A stretch of DNA of 64,000 nucleotides, taken from positions 62,001 to 126,000 of IMG/VR virus record IMGVR_UViG_3300034117_002447. One strand, written 5' to 3'. Positions 26,823 to 36,790 of the stretch are shown in pieces (the stretch's first letter is position 1; every line of letters begins with the position of its first letter). The notes beneath the pieces are model-generated. The model did not search any database and was not told where the DNA came from. It saw only the letters and a program-made list of their open reading frames with translations. The position numbers and the translations under genes are program-made.

Positions 26823-27542
26823 ATGAAGAGATTAGCACTTATCTTAATAATGCTTTTCTCAGTAAGCTTATGTATTGCTCAGCCTGGTTCAATCAAGACT
26901 GAGCAGTACCGAGCTTCTTTTGAAAAGAAGATGTCAATTGACTCTGTTCCGGAATATACTGACACAATTAAAATTCCTATTCAATTATTAAAGATTGGAA
27001 TTAATGAGGAGCTTTACGAAATGTATCCTGAGTTAAAGGATAAACGGGTTGGTCTTGGTGTAACAAATATTGTATTGGAATATTTGGAATACACAAACCG
27101 TTTTGTATTTACTGAAGACAAACTTGAAATTAAAGAGAGAATGATTAGTCAATTTAAAGCGTCTGATAAAGGATTCACTGAGAATAAACTAGACGGCCGT
27201 GGTAAAATCAAGTTAGCAAAATACTTTGTCTATATTGAAGTTTACGATTTCTCTGTATCAGAAGATGAAGTCGTTAGAATAAACGGCGAGTCTAAAACAA
27301 CTCAAACAACTCGACTGGGTTTACAGGTAAAATTCGTTGATGCTGAGACTGGAGAAGTTCTAGTTGGTTCAGGATTAGGCGAAGCTTCCACTATTAAAAC
27401 CGTTTCTATTTTAGATGGAGTGGACGATAGTGAAATTAAATTTAACCAATCTACCATTGGTATTACAACTAAAAAGGCGTTAGAGACAGCATCGTCTAGG
27501 ATAGTGGTGAGAATGATTAAGAAGAATATCTTCAAAAATTAA
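26823..27542 (+). CDS. CsgG/HfaB-like exported protein
   Basis: Signal peptide; TNRFVFTE, AKYFVYIEVYDF, LQVKFVDAETGEV. Confidence 0.65.
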   Translation: MKRLALILIMLFSVSLCIAQPGSIKTEQYRASFEKKMSIDSVPEYTDTIKIPIQLLKIGINEELYEMYPELKDKRVGLGVTNIVLEYLEYTNRFVFTEDKLEIKERMISQFKASDKGFTENKLDGRGKIKLAKYFVYIEVYDFSVSEDEVVRINGESKTTQTTRLGLQVKFVDAETGEVLVGSGLGEASTIKTVSILDGVDDSEIKFNQSTIGITTKKALETASSRIVVRMIKKNIFKN

Positions 27543-27556
27543 AATATGAAACGCAA

Positions 27557-29227
27557 ATGTATGTTAAAAAAATTATACTGCTTATTGCGTGGATCTTAGT
27601 ATCGTCATTGGGAATGGCTCAAACCTTTTCCTACAATTACACTGATCCATGTACTGGAATAAACAAAACAATACAAGTTCCATCAAACGGAATAACAGTA
27701 ACCTATTACGGTCAAGTAAATACATTTCAACCAACGGATTTTTACAATGGAGGTTTTGAGACATGGGCTCAAGGCGTTTATTCTTCCTTTGGTAATAACA
27801 ACCCATGTGCAAGTTTAGTAGGAATGCCTACTTCAGTTAATATAGCACAAAATACAGCAATTAGTTTTCTAGGAATAGTAAACTCATTATCGGCTCTATC
27901 TGATATGGCTGGCGGATCAAGTAATATGATTGGCGGAACTGTCTCTAGTGTACAAAATTCCTCCAAGTCAAAGGGTAACTCCAAAAATAAAGGCGGGGCG
28001 GATAAACCTGCAGAAAATAGTACTTCAACAAATGCACAATCTAATGGAAGTACTGGTGGTAGCTCTAACTCTGGGACCACTAGTAACAATGGGAGCTCTA
28101 CTAGCAGTAGTGGATCTTCTACGACACAGGGCTCACAGACTCAAGGTTCGAACGAAACTGGCTCGACAAGCAGCGGAGGATCTGGAGAACCAGGATCAAC
28201 TGCCGGTAACGGAACAGCTGGGTCTCAAGCTGGCAATGGAACCTCTGGGTCTCAAGCAGGTGGATCAACCACTGGAAGCGGTTCAACGACCGGCTCAACT
28301 ACCGGAAGCGGTTCAACGACCGGCTCAACTACCGGAAGCGGATCAACAACCGGCAACGGAACTACCGGATCTCAAGCTAGCGGATCAACTTCAAATAGCG
28401 GCAATGTTAATGGAGGCGGGTCTGGAACGACCGCTGGCTCTGGAACAAGCGGCTCAAATAATCAGTCAACGCCAACTTCTGAAACAGAAGCAGGTGGAAA
28501 AACTAACTTAATTGGCGGATCAGTTGGTTCAGTACAGGAATCAACTTCCGCAGGTGGAGGAGCAGCCGGTGCCTCTAATAAAAATGGGAATCGACCTAGT
28601 ATTTTAGCAAGCAGCGATTTCGTTGGATTCAATTTTAAAAATTCAGATGTTACAGTTGGAGGAAAGGTCACTGGAGGTTACTCATCAATGAGATGGGACG
28701 GAAAGAGATCTCACGGAATTAGTGCAGACTATACGACTGCTATAAAGGGTCCAAATATTACAGGCTTTTATGCATTCATGAATAAGCGAAGAATAGATTT
28801 AATCTCTACATCGCTTACTATTGGTTTTGAAAGACAAATGACTGTCTATGGAACATTAGCAGTAGGTCAAATGTGGACTCTAAATAAGCCGAAAAACCTA
28901 AAAGCTCTTTATATGCTAACCGGTTCAGTCGGCCAAGTATCAGGGACTGCTTTTATAGGAACTGCTGCTATTGCTGGAGGAATGTATGACTGGAAAATCT
29001 CTAAGAGAATTTCAGTAAAAATGTTATGTTTGTACGTGTATGCCCCATACGTTAGTTACTATAATGATGTTCTATTAAAATCACCACATGTGGTTTTACC
29101 TATTATGGGAACTAATATCGGGATAACTAAACGATTTAAGCTTAACATAAACGCCGGTGGAGCTTGGGCGATTAATGAATCCACATTAAACTATACCATC
29201 ATGCTGGGAACTCGCATGCTATTATGA
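27557..29227 (+). CDS. Exported protein with Gly/Ser/Thr-rich linker and C-terminal beta-barrel-like region
   Basis: Signal peptide; GSTTGSG repeats; alternating beta strands at C-terminus. Confidence 0.65.
   Translation: MYVKKIILLIAWILVSSLGMAQTFSYNYTDPCTGINKTIQVPSNGITVTYYGQVNTFQPTDFYNGGFETWAQGVYSSFGNNNPCASLVGMPTSVNIAQNTAISFLGIVNSLSALSDMAGGSSNMIGGTVSSVQNSSKSKGNSKNKGGADKPAENSTSTNAQSNGSTGGSSNSGTTSNNGSSTSSSGSSTTQGSQTQGSNETGSTSSGGSGEPGSTAGNGTAGSQAGNGTSGSQAGGSTTGSGSTTGSTTGSGSTTGSTTGSGSTTGNGTTGSQASGSTSNSGNVNGGGSGTTAGSGTSGSNNQSTPTSETEAGGKTNLIGGSVGSVQESTSAGGGAAGASNKNGNRPSILASSDFVGFNFKNSDVTVGGKVTGGYSSMRWDGKRSHGISADYTTAIKGPNITGFYAFMNKRRIDLISTSLTIGFERQMTVYGTLAVGQMWTLNKPKNLKALYMLTGSVGQVSGTAFIGTAAIAGGMYDWKISKRISVKMLCLYVYAPYVSYYNDVLLKSPHVVLPIMGTNIGITKRFKLNINAGGAWAINESTLNYTIMLGTRMLL
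28261..28352 (+). repeat. Coding 30-nt tandem repeat (GSTTGSGSTT)
   Basis: GGCTCAACTACCGGAAGCGGTTCAACGACC-type units, about three copies. Confidence 0.8.
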
Positions 29228-30402
29228 GAAAGTTTATCATCACACTAATTGCTACATTGATTATAGGGTCGGTGTATGCTCAACCATTTACTTATTCAGG
29301 ATATGTTTATGGAGCTAATGGTCAAGGCTTACAAAATATACCAGTCTTGCTATACGGCAAAAGGATTGTTCAATATGAAGTAACTTTTCCTACTTATCCG
29401 ACTTCTCCTAGTTATACAACCGGTACCGTAATTCCATCATCGGACGATGCTACACATGGACCATTTAATATAGGATTTAGTTTTACCTACTTTGGAAATA
29501 CGTATACTCAATTTTACGTTGGATCAAATGGATGGATCGGGTTTAGCTCGGGCCAAACAACTGGATATACTGCAGCCTTTATTCCAAATGCAGGGTCTCC
29601 ATTAAACGCAATTTTAGCGGATTGGGAGGACTTATTTCCTGGATCAGCTAACATCAGATACGTAACATCAGGAACATCGCCCAATAGATCGTTGACTGTC
29701 TCTTTTAATGCAGTTCCGCATTATGGGTGTAGAACAAATCTACACACATTTCAGTTCATTCTATATGAAACGTCGAATTTAATAGATATAAATTATGCCT
29801 CAAAACCTTTATGTGGTAGTAATAACGCGACCGCCGGTCTAATATCAACTTCTTCGTCAACGGTTGTTCCAGTCGGTGGAAAGAATGCATCTCAATGGAG
29901 CGCAACTAATTATTCAGTTAGATTTACACCAGCTTCACCGGAAACTACATTCAGCATAAAGGGAACATATTACACTAATTCGTTGGGTCTATATTCAATG
30001 GTACCTAATTTAGATGACGCGTCCCATGATTTCCAAATTAGATTAGAAAATCTGACTATTAGTAATCCAATATCAACTGCTGCTCAATACCCTATTCAAA
30101 TGTTATTATACTCGGTGATGCCAAGCTCTAAATTGTATTATACAATGGACGTTAATCAAGATACTCGGTTTAATGTAACGGATTCCTATTGCATATTCGG
30201 TAAAATTTCAGGTAGATTTCCAAATTGGATAAATGCATATCCGTCGTATCGGATATTTACGCCAGCTCAATGGACAACTATTAATTCCGGGACAAGTGAT
30301 CTACGCTCCAGTATACCAGGAGTTCAATCAATGATTATTTCAACACCAACTAATGGAGGAACTACTAGCTTTTATCTGTTACGGACTGGCTATACACAAT
30401 AA
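29224..30402 (+). CDS. Exported protein with dockerin-like repeat (partial paralog of 24125..26047)
   Basis: DVNQDTRFNVTDSYCIFGKISGRF vs DVNGSTNVTITDAYGVFGRIAGRF. Confidence 0.65.
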   Translation: MRKFIITLIATLIIGSVYAQPFTYSGYVYGANGQGLQNIPVLLYGKRIVQYEVTFPTYPTSPSYTTGTVIPSSDDATHGPFNIGFSFTYFGNTYTQFYVGSNGWIGFSSGQTTGYTAAFIPNAGSPLNAILADWEDLFPGSANIRYVTSGTSPNRSLTVSFNAVPHYGCRTNLHTFQFILYETSNLIDINYASKPLCGSNNATAGLISTSSSTVVPVGGKNASQWSATNYSVRFTPASPETTFSIKGTYYTNSLGLYSMVPNLDDASHDFQIRLENLTISNPISTAAQYPIQMLLYSVMPSSKLYYTMDVNQDTRFNVTDSYCIFGKISGRFPNWINAYPSYRIFTPAQWTTINSGTSDLRSSIPGVQSMIISTPTNGGTTSFYLLRTGYTQ

Positions 30403-30422
30403 ATAAAAAAAACAAATTAAAT

Positions 30423-30704
30423 ATGGCAGAAGAAACAAACCCTACTTCAGGATTTACGGATACCTTCTTTTCTAAACTAAAAGAACAATCATTTACCATC
30501 GTACTTATGATAGCGGTTATTTGGTATCAAGGCGTGATGATGGAAGAGCGTGTAGCGTATTGGCAAAAACTATATGAAGCACAAAAAGCCTATACTGAGC
30601 AAACAGTAAAGGATGATAAACAAATTATGCTCGATCGAATACAATACTTACAAGACCAACGTGATAAATACGTTGAGGATGCAATAATTGAACTAAAAAA
30701 ATAA
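30423..30704 (+). CDS. TM + coiled-coil hypothetical protein
   Basis: Hydrophobic segment then heptads. Confidence 0.6.
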   Translation: MAEETNPTSGFTDTFFSKLKEQSFTIVLMIAVIWYQGVMMEERVAYWQKLYEAQKAYTEQTVKDDKQIMLDRIQYLQDQRDKYVEDAIIELKK

Positions 30705-30717
30705 TAAATTTTATAAG

Positions 30718-31191
30718 ATGAAGAAGTTTATTTTATTGCTTGCAGTTTTACTATTGGTACAGCTGCTGGCTTTTTCGCAAACTAGCCCAATTCACATGTG
30801 TATTAAAATAGACACAGTATATTCTACCGCAAAGGTTAGGGAATTAGGAAACCGTGATATTCGGTTTGGTGTAAAGCAAATAGCAGAAGACCTACTTTCT
30901 TCTAAATACTGTCTATCTGATGCAGGATCCCCAATTAAGATTGAGATCTATTATTTCGGTATTCCTAAAAGTACCATACGTATTGCTGGAATAGAAAAGA
31001 CTGAGCAGGTTACACAAGTCGCTGTTCGAATTTATTATAACGGGCAAAAGTACGAAGGGACTGGCGAGTCTGAGACTGAGGTGAGAGCCGTAATGATTGA
31101 ATTGGAAGAGGGTGCTATGCCGTTTTCTAAAATGACAGTATCTAATTCTATCAAAAAAGCACTTGAACAATGTATTTTAAAAATGCCTTAA
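30718..31191 (+). CDS. Exported hypothetical protein (possibly CsgG-related)
   Basis: Signal peptide; GTGESETE...IKKALE resembles the C-terminal half of 26823..27542. Confidence 0.55.
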   Translation: MKKFILLLAVLLLVQLLAFSQTSPIHMCIKIDTVYSTAKVRELGNRDIRFGVKQIAEDLLSSKYCLSDAGSPIKIEIYYFGIPKSTIRIAGIEKTEQVTQVAVRIYYNGQKYEGTGESETEVRAVMIELEEGAMPFSKMTVSNSIKKALEQCILKMP

Positions 31192-31637
31192 TTGTATTAA
31201 TATTAACGATTCCAGTATTTGGATTTTCTCAAATAGTAATAGACGATGTCGGAGACGGCTGGAAGGCTAGAGTCGAGAGGGCTATTTTACTTGTAAAAGA
31301 TACTGACTCAGTTAGTTACCAAACTCTGATTACGAATTGTAAACGAATTGAGTTTATAATGGGCGATAGATCTACTAACCTTCCACCCAATACTATTGTG
31401 ATTAATACAAAGGACGTAACTAGTCCGTCTATTAATAATTTAGCGGCCGTATTGGTGCATGAGTCGTATCACCTGTACTTATGGAATAACTTGATTAAGT
31501 TTACAGCAAGAGAAGAGGAGCTCATGTGTTACATGCATGAATATAATTTTTTATGTAAGTTAACTGATGTCGAGGACTGGTTATTCCTAAATGCAGTTAA
31601 CCAAATAATACAGTTAAAAAATACACGTAACAAATAA
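31170..31637 (+). CDS. Exported HEXXH metallopeptidase-like protein
   Basis: LVHESYH...EE. Confidence 0.6.
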   Translation: MYFKNALIVLILTIPVFGFSQIVIDDVGDGWKARVERAILLVKDTDSVSYQTLITNCKRIEFIMGDRSTNLPPNTIVINTKDVTSPSINNLAAVLVHESYHLYLWNNLIKFTAREEELMCYMHEYNFLCKLTDVEDWLFLNAVNQIIQLKNTRNK

Positions 31638-32380
31638 TGAAGTTTATATTAACGATACTATTACTGACAGTCTCATTACCTGTATTTAGTCAAATTAAAA
31701 AATCAATATCGGTTGGAGGAGATGGAACTAGGGGAAACTTTAGTGCAATTGGTATTACAACGAAAGCTGAATTAAAAAGAGATACTGGATCGTATCAATG
31801 GAATCTAAATACTACTTACCGTTGGAGCAAGCAATCCGCGTATGGAAAATCTGAAATGACTCAGTACGAAAATGAAGTCTACTTGACTGGAAATATTTCA
31901 AAACAGATAGGTAAGTTTAAAGTTATTGGATTTACTGAAGATGAGAGATCATACATGAGAAAAATAGATCTTCGAAGCTCAGCTGGTTTGGGATTAGGCG
32001 TATCAATTATCAAGAATAAGAAGTTCGATATTGTTTTCTCTGAAGTAATTTTGCCAGAGTATTTTTGGTCCAGCATTAAGGTTTCAAATAATAACTTTAC
32101 AGTAAGAGCATCATCTAGACTTAGAGCAAATTACGAAAGCGGATTGATTAAGATCTCGTCAGTTACTCTATTTCAGCCAGCAATTTATTCAAGCAGAGAA
32201 GTTTCTTTTCTAGATAATTTAAACATGCGAAGTACAAACACAATCGCACTTAAGATTAAAAAGAATTTAGAAATAGGATTAGTTTATACGTATAGCTATC
32301 AAGGTTACCCTCATTACATAACAGACTCAGTTAATCCTTCTCAGGAAACTGCGTCAGTTCTTTTAAAGTATATCTTTTAA
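31637..32380 (+). CDS. Outer-membrane beta-barrel (DUF481-like)
   Basis: Signal peptide, beta-strand periodicity, AGLGLG, terminal YIF. Confidence 0.65.
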   Translation: MKFILTILLLTVSLPVFSQIKKSISVGGDGTRGNFSAIGITTKAELKRDTGSYQWNLNTTYRWSKQSAYGKSEMTQYENEVYLTGNISKQIGKFKVIGFTEDERSYMRKIDLRSSAGLGLGVSIIKNKKFDIVFSEVILPEYFWSSIKVSNNNFTVRASSRLRANYESGLIKISSVTLFQPAIYSSREVSFLDNLNMRSTNTIALKIKKNLEIGLVYTYSYQGYPHYITDSVNPSQETASVLLKYIF

Positions 32381-32557
32381 TTACTCGAAAGTAATTTCAT
32401 TTACTTTAACGTATTCAATAAGAGCAGCTTCAGCTGCTTCTTTGGTTTTAAATGGGCCTGCCACTAGGACCTGATCAAATTCAGTAGGGTCAGTTACGTT
32501 CCACTCTCCGGAAAGCGTTTCATAAACGAATGAGTCTAAGATTTCTTGAGTTATCAT
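32381..32557 (-). CDS. Hypothetical protein
   Basis: Start moved to MITQE. Confidence 0.55.
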   Translation of the reverse strand: MITQEILDSFVYETLSGEWNVTDPTEFDQVLVAGPFKTKEAAEAALIEYVKVNEITFE

Positions 32558-32558
32558 G

Positions 32559-33014
32559 TTATTTGTTTTTATTTTTACGAGTTGACATTTCGTCTGGATC
32601 AAGTAGAGCTCTGCCGAATTCCTTAACTCGATCAGTGTATCTAACTTTGACTCCTTCGCTAATTGCTAGGGAATTACCCTCATCGTCAATCCGAACGAAT
32701 TTTATATTTGTGTGAGTAACTACTGTTTGAACTCCAGTGTAAACATTATGCTTACGAACTTCAATGTATAGAGTAACTGAAGTTGTTCCAAACGCCTTTA
32801 CTGATCCGTATATTTTTATAATATTACCGACCTTTACTGGCTTTGAAAAAACCAGCTCGTCAATTTTTAGGGTTACTACTCGTTGGGTGTCGCATATTTG
32901 AGATGCATAACTTGCAGCAGCATCGTCAATAATAGAAAGGATAATTCCACCAAACATATTATTGTGGACACCAATATCTCCTTGCTTGCAAATGTATGTA
33001 CTAATTAATTCCAT
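32559..33014 (-). CDS. Acyl-CoA thioesterase (hotdog fold, YciA-like)
   Basis: NMFGG...IDDAA, FSKPVKVG, FVRID. Confidence 0.85.
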   Translation of the reverse strand: MELISTYICKQGDIGVHNNMFGGIILSIIDDAAASYASQICDTQRVVTLKIDELVFSKPVKVGNIIKIYGSVKAFGTTSVTLYIEVRKHNVYTGVQTVVTHTNIKFVRIDDEGNSLAISEGVKVRYTDRVKEFGRALLDPDEMSTRKNKNK

Positions 33015-33556
33015 TCTTCTTCGATTCGACTGTCGTCAGGTTTTGAATAAACTATTTTATGAGCAGCGACTTCATGCCGATTACCATTAAATAAGTCAAC
33101 GTATTTCTTGCCGGTTCCAGGCTTTAGGTACCCGATTGTTGCATGTGGATGGTAGTCTGGGAAATCAGTAGTGTGAGGTAACTTACTAAGTTCTGCATTA
33201 ATCTCAGCCAACACTGGATTTTCTACATCAAACTTAAGTACATCGTATTTAGCATTCTCAAATAGAGATGCATTATGTAGAGTCAGTTGACCGATTGGTT
33301 TAGATTTACATATCTCTAATACCTTAGCGTCATTAATATCTGCCGAATGAAGTCCATATAAAAGAGTTGTATGAGGTTCATCCTCAAGACCGTATGAACG
33401 ATCGCCCTCTTCTGTGTAGATATCTGCTTCATCTATTTTTGAATGCAGTTCAGGCATTGTTGGAAAATTGAAATAGACCATTGCACATCCATAACTATGA
33501 GCGTCTCCTTTCTTTTCAAATAATCCAGTTACGAATTGGCTAAATGATTTTAACAT
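33005..33556 (-). CDS. 2H phosphoesterase, T4 gp57B/Acb1-like
   Basis: Two HxT motifs PHTTLLYG and PHATIGY; capsid-targeting-like N-terminus. Confidence 0.75.
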   Translation of the reverse strand: MLKSFSQFVTGLFEKKGDAHSYGCAMVYFNFPTMPELHSKIDEADIYTEEGDRSYGLEDEPHTTLLYGLHSADINDAKVLEICKSKPIGQLTLHNASLFENAKYDVLKFDVENPVLAEINAELSKLPHTTDFPDYHPHATIGYLKPGTGKKYVDLFNGNRHEVAAHKIVYSKPDDSRIEEEWN

Positions 33557-33578
33557 GGTTGATTACTTTATTTTTATT

Positions 33579-34940
33579 TTACTTTGAAGAATACTTTAGG
33601 TTTTTCTTTAGCTCAAATAAATCTTCTCGATACATCTCAGTTGGATCCTTCTTTTTAATATCGACTAATAGCGATTTAATATCAGCAACTTCTTTCAATA
33701 ATTGCTCGTAAGTTTCTTTAGTCAGAGAGTGGATTGGCATGTTGAGTAAGTAGTTATACGATCCATTAACTTCGTCGAAGTCTGCCGTTTGCAGGTAGAG
33801 AATGATCTCTTTACGTGGAACGTTATTTACTTTAAGTTTACCATCAATAATAAGCTTAATGAATTTAGCTCGGTTCGATAAGTAAATTAATTCTTCACCG
33901 TACTTCTTGATTAAGAATGCTTTGCGTTTATCATAGAAACTTAATCTAAAGTTTACAAAGTAATCTACCACTTGAGTAATGTCCTCAAAGATTGCAAGCT
34001 TGCCCTTTTCATTTAAGCAGGTTAAGTTCTCAGTTTCAGTCTCAATCATCTTAAGGGTTTGGTCGAGCCGGCCTTTTCCAATTAGGTCAGCTAGTGTAGC
34101 TCTTGCAAATTTAAGAGTGTAGTTGATTCCATTTGAAGAATTGTCATCGTACGAAACAATAATTCCTCTATCTTGTAGAGTATTCAAATGAACTTCGTAT
34201 TTCTGAAAAGTCATTGATGGCGGAAGCTCTGTAATCTTGACAGTAGTAGTATTCAGAACTTCGTATACTCCACGCATAATGTACTGGTTAGTTCCAACGA
34301 CTGACTCGACTGGGCCAATGTAGTCTCTCCACCATGGAAGCAGTTTGCCTATTTTCTTGCCATCTAATACTTTAAGACATGAGTCTACTAAGTCTAATGG
34401 ATTACGATTTAATATGTTAGTGGCAAATCCTACTGCAATACCTGAGCTTCCGTTTAGTAGAACGGTTGGGATAATTGGCAAGAAGAATTTAGGTTCAATC
34501 GTATTTCCTTCTTCGACTTGATTCTCAAGCAATTCAAAATCCTTGTAAAGAAGTCTAAAATTTCCAGTAAGTTTAGTTGAAATATAACGAGCCGCACCAG
34601 CTTCAGGAGATCTTAGAGATCCGAACTGGCCTATCTCGTCAAGAAGAGGTAATGAATTCTTAAATGACTGAGCCATCCCAATGATTGCACCATTTAGAGA
34701 CCCGTCACCGTGATGGTAGTGGGCATCTGCTGCGATCTTACCACCTAACTGGAATATCTTTAATGGCTTTTCATTGCCTGATTTCCAGACTTTATCTGAG
34801 ATATAAATGATTTTACGCTGAGTAGGTTTGAAACCATCTATTACAGAAGGAATTGCCCGGTTTTCTAACGTGTACATTCCGTACATCGCATAGTCCTGAT
34901 CTAAGTATTCAGTTACTGTTTTATTCTTTACGTGTGTCAT
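33579..34940 (-). CDS. DNA topoisomerase II medium subunit (T4 gp52/GyrA-like)
   Basis: RAIPSVIDGFKPTQRK, YHHGDGS, catalytic AARY, NGSSGIAVGFAT. Confidence 0.95.
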   Translation of the reverse strand: MTHVKNKTVTEYLDQDYAMYGMYTLENRAIPSVIDGFKPTQRKIIYISDKVWKSGNEKPLKIFQLGGKIAADAHYHHGDGSLNGAIIGMAQSFKNSLPLLDEIGQFGSLRSPEAGAARYISTKLTGNFRLLYKDFELLENQVEEGNTIEPKFFLPIIPTVLLNGSSGIAVGFATNILNRNPLDLVDSCLKVLDGKKIGKLLPWWRDYIGPVESVVGTNQYIMRGVYEVLNTTTVKITELPPSMTFQKYEVHLNTLQDRGIIVSYDDNSSNGINYTLKFARATLADLIGKGRLDQTLKMIETETENLTCLNEKGKLAIFEDITQVVDYFVNFRLSFYDKRKAFLIKKYGEELIYLSNRAKFIKLIIDGKLKVNNVPRKEIILYLQTADFDEVNGSYNYLLNMPIHSLTKETYEQLLKEVADIKSLLVDIKKKDPTEMYREDLFELKKNLKYSSK

Positions 34941-36063
34941 GCTTTAATATTAATTTACTAAAATAGAATACAATTGACCCGATGATTACACCGATTGCTA
35001 AGTTATGAGTAGCTAACGAAATAATAACTGTCAATATAATACTCAATAAGTTAAGTTTATTTCCTGATTTTATGCTTTGCCAATCCCCAGTTTGATATAC
35101 AACTACCAACATTACTCCAATTAATCCAACTAGCGGTAGTTGTTCAATCCATTTCCCAAACAATAGAATAATTAGAGAGAGCCCAATCCCTGCAACTATT
35201 CCAGAGAGTCGATGCTTTGCTCCAGCATTTACGTTTAAATTAGTCTGTCCGACTAGGACGCAGCCTCCCATTGTTCCAAAGAATCCGCTAACTATATTAC
35301 CAAGCCCTTGAGCAAATGTCTCTTTTGCTTTATCGCCGTGTTCATTTAATTTATGAGACACAGTATCGACAGTCAACAGAGATTCAGTTAAGCCAGACAC
35401 AGCCATCCCGAATGAATACGGTAAGACTGTCAATAGCAGACTCCAACTAAAGGTTGGGATAGCTAGCGTTGGCAAGCTTGCGGTTACTGGCGATAGATCG
35501 CCGACTGTCGCTAAGCCTAATGGAATTCCCATTAAGCAACCAACTGTAATCGACACTAACGCTGGAGGAAAACTAAATTTCCGTGAGGACCATATCATTG
35601 CAGCTGCGCATAATAATATAGTTGATATAGTTAATATTAGGCCAGTAGAAGATGGATTACCGATAGTTAAGTATTTAAACTGGCTTACTAAAATCATAAT
35701 CGCTAGTGCAATTAAGAAACCTGAAATAGCAGAAGGCGGAATCTTTTTAAATATTTTCCATGCACCTGAAGCCCAAATTATCAATTGAATAATTCCAGCA
35801 ACTACTACTCCAAGGAAAAGCGATTCAATTCCAGCAATTGATACGAGGCCGGCCATAATTACGGCAGTTGCCCCAGTCGCTCCACTAATTAAACCAGGTC
35901 TTCCGCCGAATATTGCAGTAGACAGAGCCATGAAGACTGCTGCCCATAATCCAATTTGAGGAGAAGCTCCGACTAATAAAGCAAATGAAATTGCTTCAGG
36001 TACAAGAGCAATTGCAATAGTTAAACCTGAAAGAATTTCTGTTTTTATTTGGTTTACATTCAT
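34921..36063 (-). CDS. SulP-family anion transporter (no STAS domain)
   Basis: ALVPEAISFA, GGRPGLISGATGA, ESLLT, MGGCVLVGQT. Confidence 0.9.
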   Translation of the reverse strand: MNVNQIKTEILSGLTIAIALVPEAISFALLVGASPQIGLWAAVFMALSTAIFGGRPGLISGATGATAVIMAGLVSIAGIESLFLGVVVAGIIQLIIWASGAWKIFKKIPPSAISGFLIALAIMILVSQFKYLTIGNPSSTGLILTISTILLCAAAMIWSSRKFSFPPALVSITVGCLMGIPLGLATVGDLSPVTASLPTLAIPTFSWSLLLTVLPYSFGMAVSGLTESLLTVDTVSHKLNEHGDKAKETFAQGLGNIVSGFFGTMGGCVLVGQTNLNVNAGAKHRLSGIVAGIGLSLIILLFGKWIEQLPLVGLIGVMLVVVYQTGDWQSIKSGNKLNLLSIILTVIISLATHNLAIGVIIGSIVFYFSKLILKHDTRKE

Positions 36064-36085
36064 TTAGTTATTGTACTTTAATTGA

Positions 36086-36790
36086 TCACCAATAGTTTAT
36101 GTTTTTTCTAAAGTGGTCTAGGTTTTTACGATTAATGTAATTATTGAATATAAATTTAAACATTCCAAAGTAACCCATTTTTTTAAAACGCCTATCGTCT
36201 TGAGTAACTCCGTCTGGTAATATTAAAAACTTATCTTTTTTGATATTCCTAGATAATAAGTAGTCTTCTGAATGCTGCACGCTCTCGTCAAATTTACCAA
36301 ATTGCAGGTATGTTGATTTTCTAATTAAGAAGAATACTCCTGGGCAAAATGATTCCGGTAAAATAGCTTGGGTCACTCTAAATAACTTATGTGCAATCCA
36401 TACTTTAGCATTAGGTTCAGCCGGTTTAACCGTGCACGTTATTATATCGTAAGTTCCAAAGATGGTATGGTAGACGCAATTAAATAAGGTTTCATGATTT
36501 AGTAATTGAGTATCCGCATCTATGAAAAGTAGCCAATCAGTAGTTACTAAATCTGCTCCAGTGTTTCGGCCTACTGCAACTGGACCTCCATCAATTATTT
36601 CAACACATAGTTTACTATCAGTTGCAAAGTCTTCGATTAAACTCCGAGTAGAGTCAGTTGAGTTTGCATCAGCTATTATAACTCGTAAGCCCTCTGAATA
36701 TTTCTGTCTTTCAATTGATTCTAGTGTTTTAATTATGTAAGTCTCTTCGTTCTTACAGGGAATTATAATGGTTAAAATGTCCTTTATCAT
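36086..36790 (-). CDS. Glycosyltransferase family 2
   Basis: IIIPCKNEE, DANSTD, GRNTGA, FIDAD. Confidence 0.9.
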   Translation of the reverse strand: MIKDILTIIIPCKNEETYIIKTLESIERQKYSEGLRVIIADANSTDSTRSLIEDFATDSKLCVEIIDGGPVAVGRNTGADLVTTDWLLFIDADTQLLNHETLFNCVYHTIFGTYDIITCTVKPAEPNAKVWIAHKLFRVTQAILPESFCPGVFFLIRKSTYLQFGKFDESVQHSEDYLLSRNIKKDKFLILPDGVTQDDRRFKKMGYFGMFKFIFNNYINRKNLDHFRKNINYW

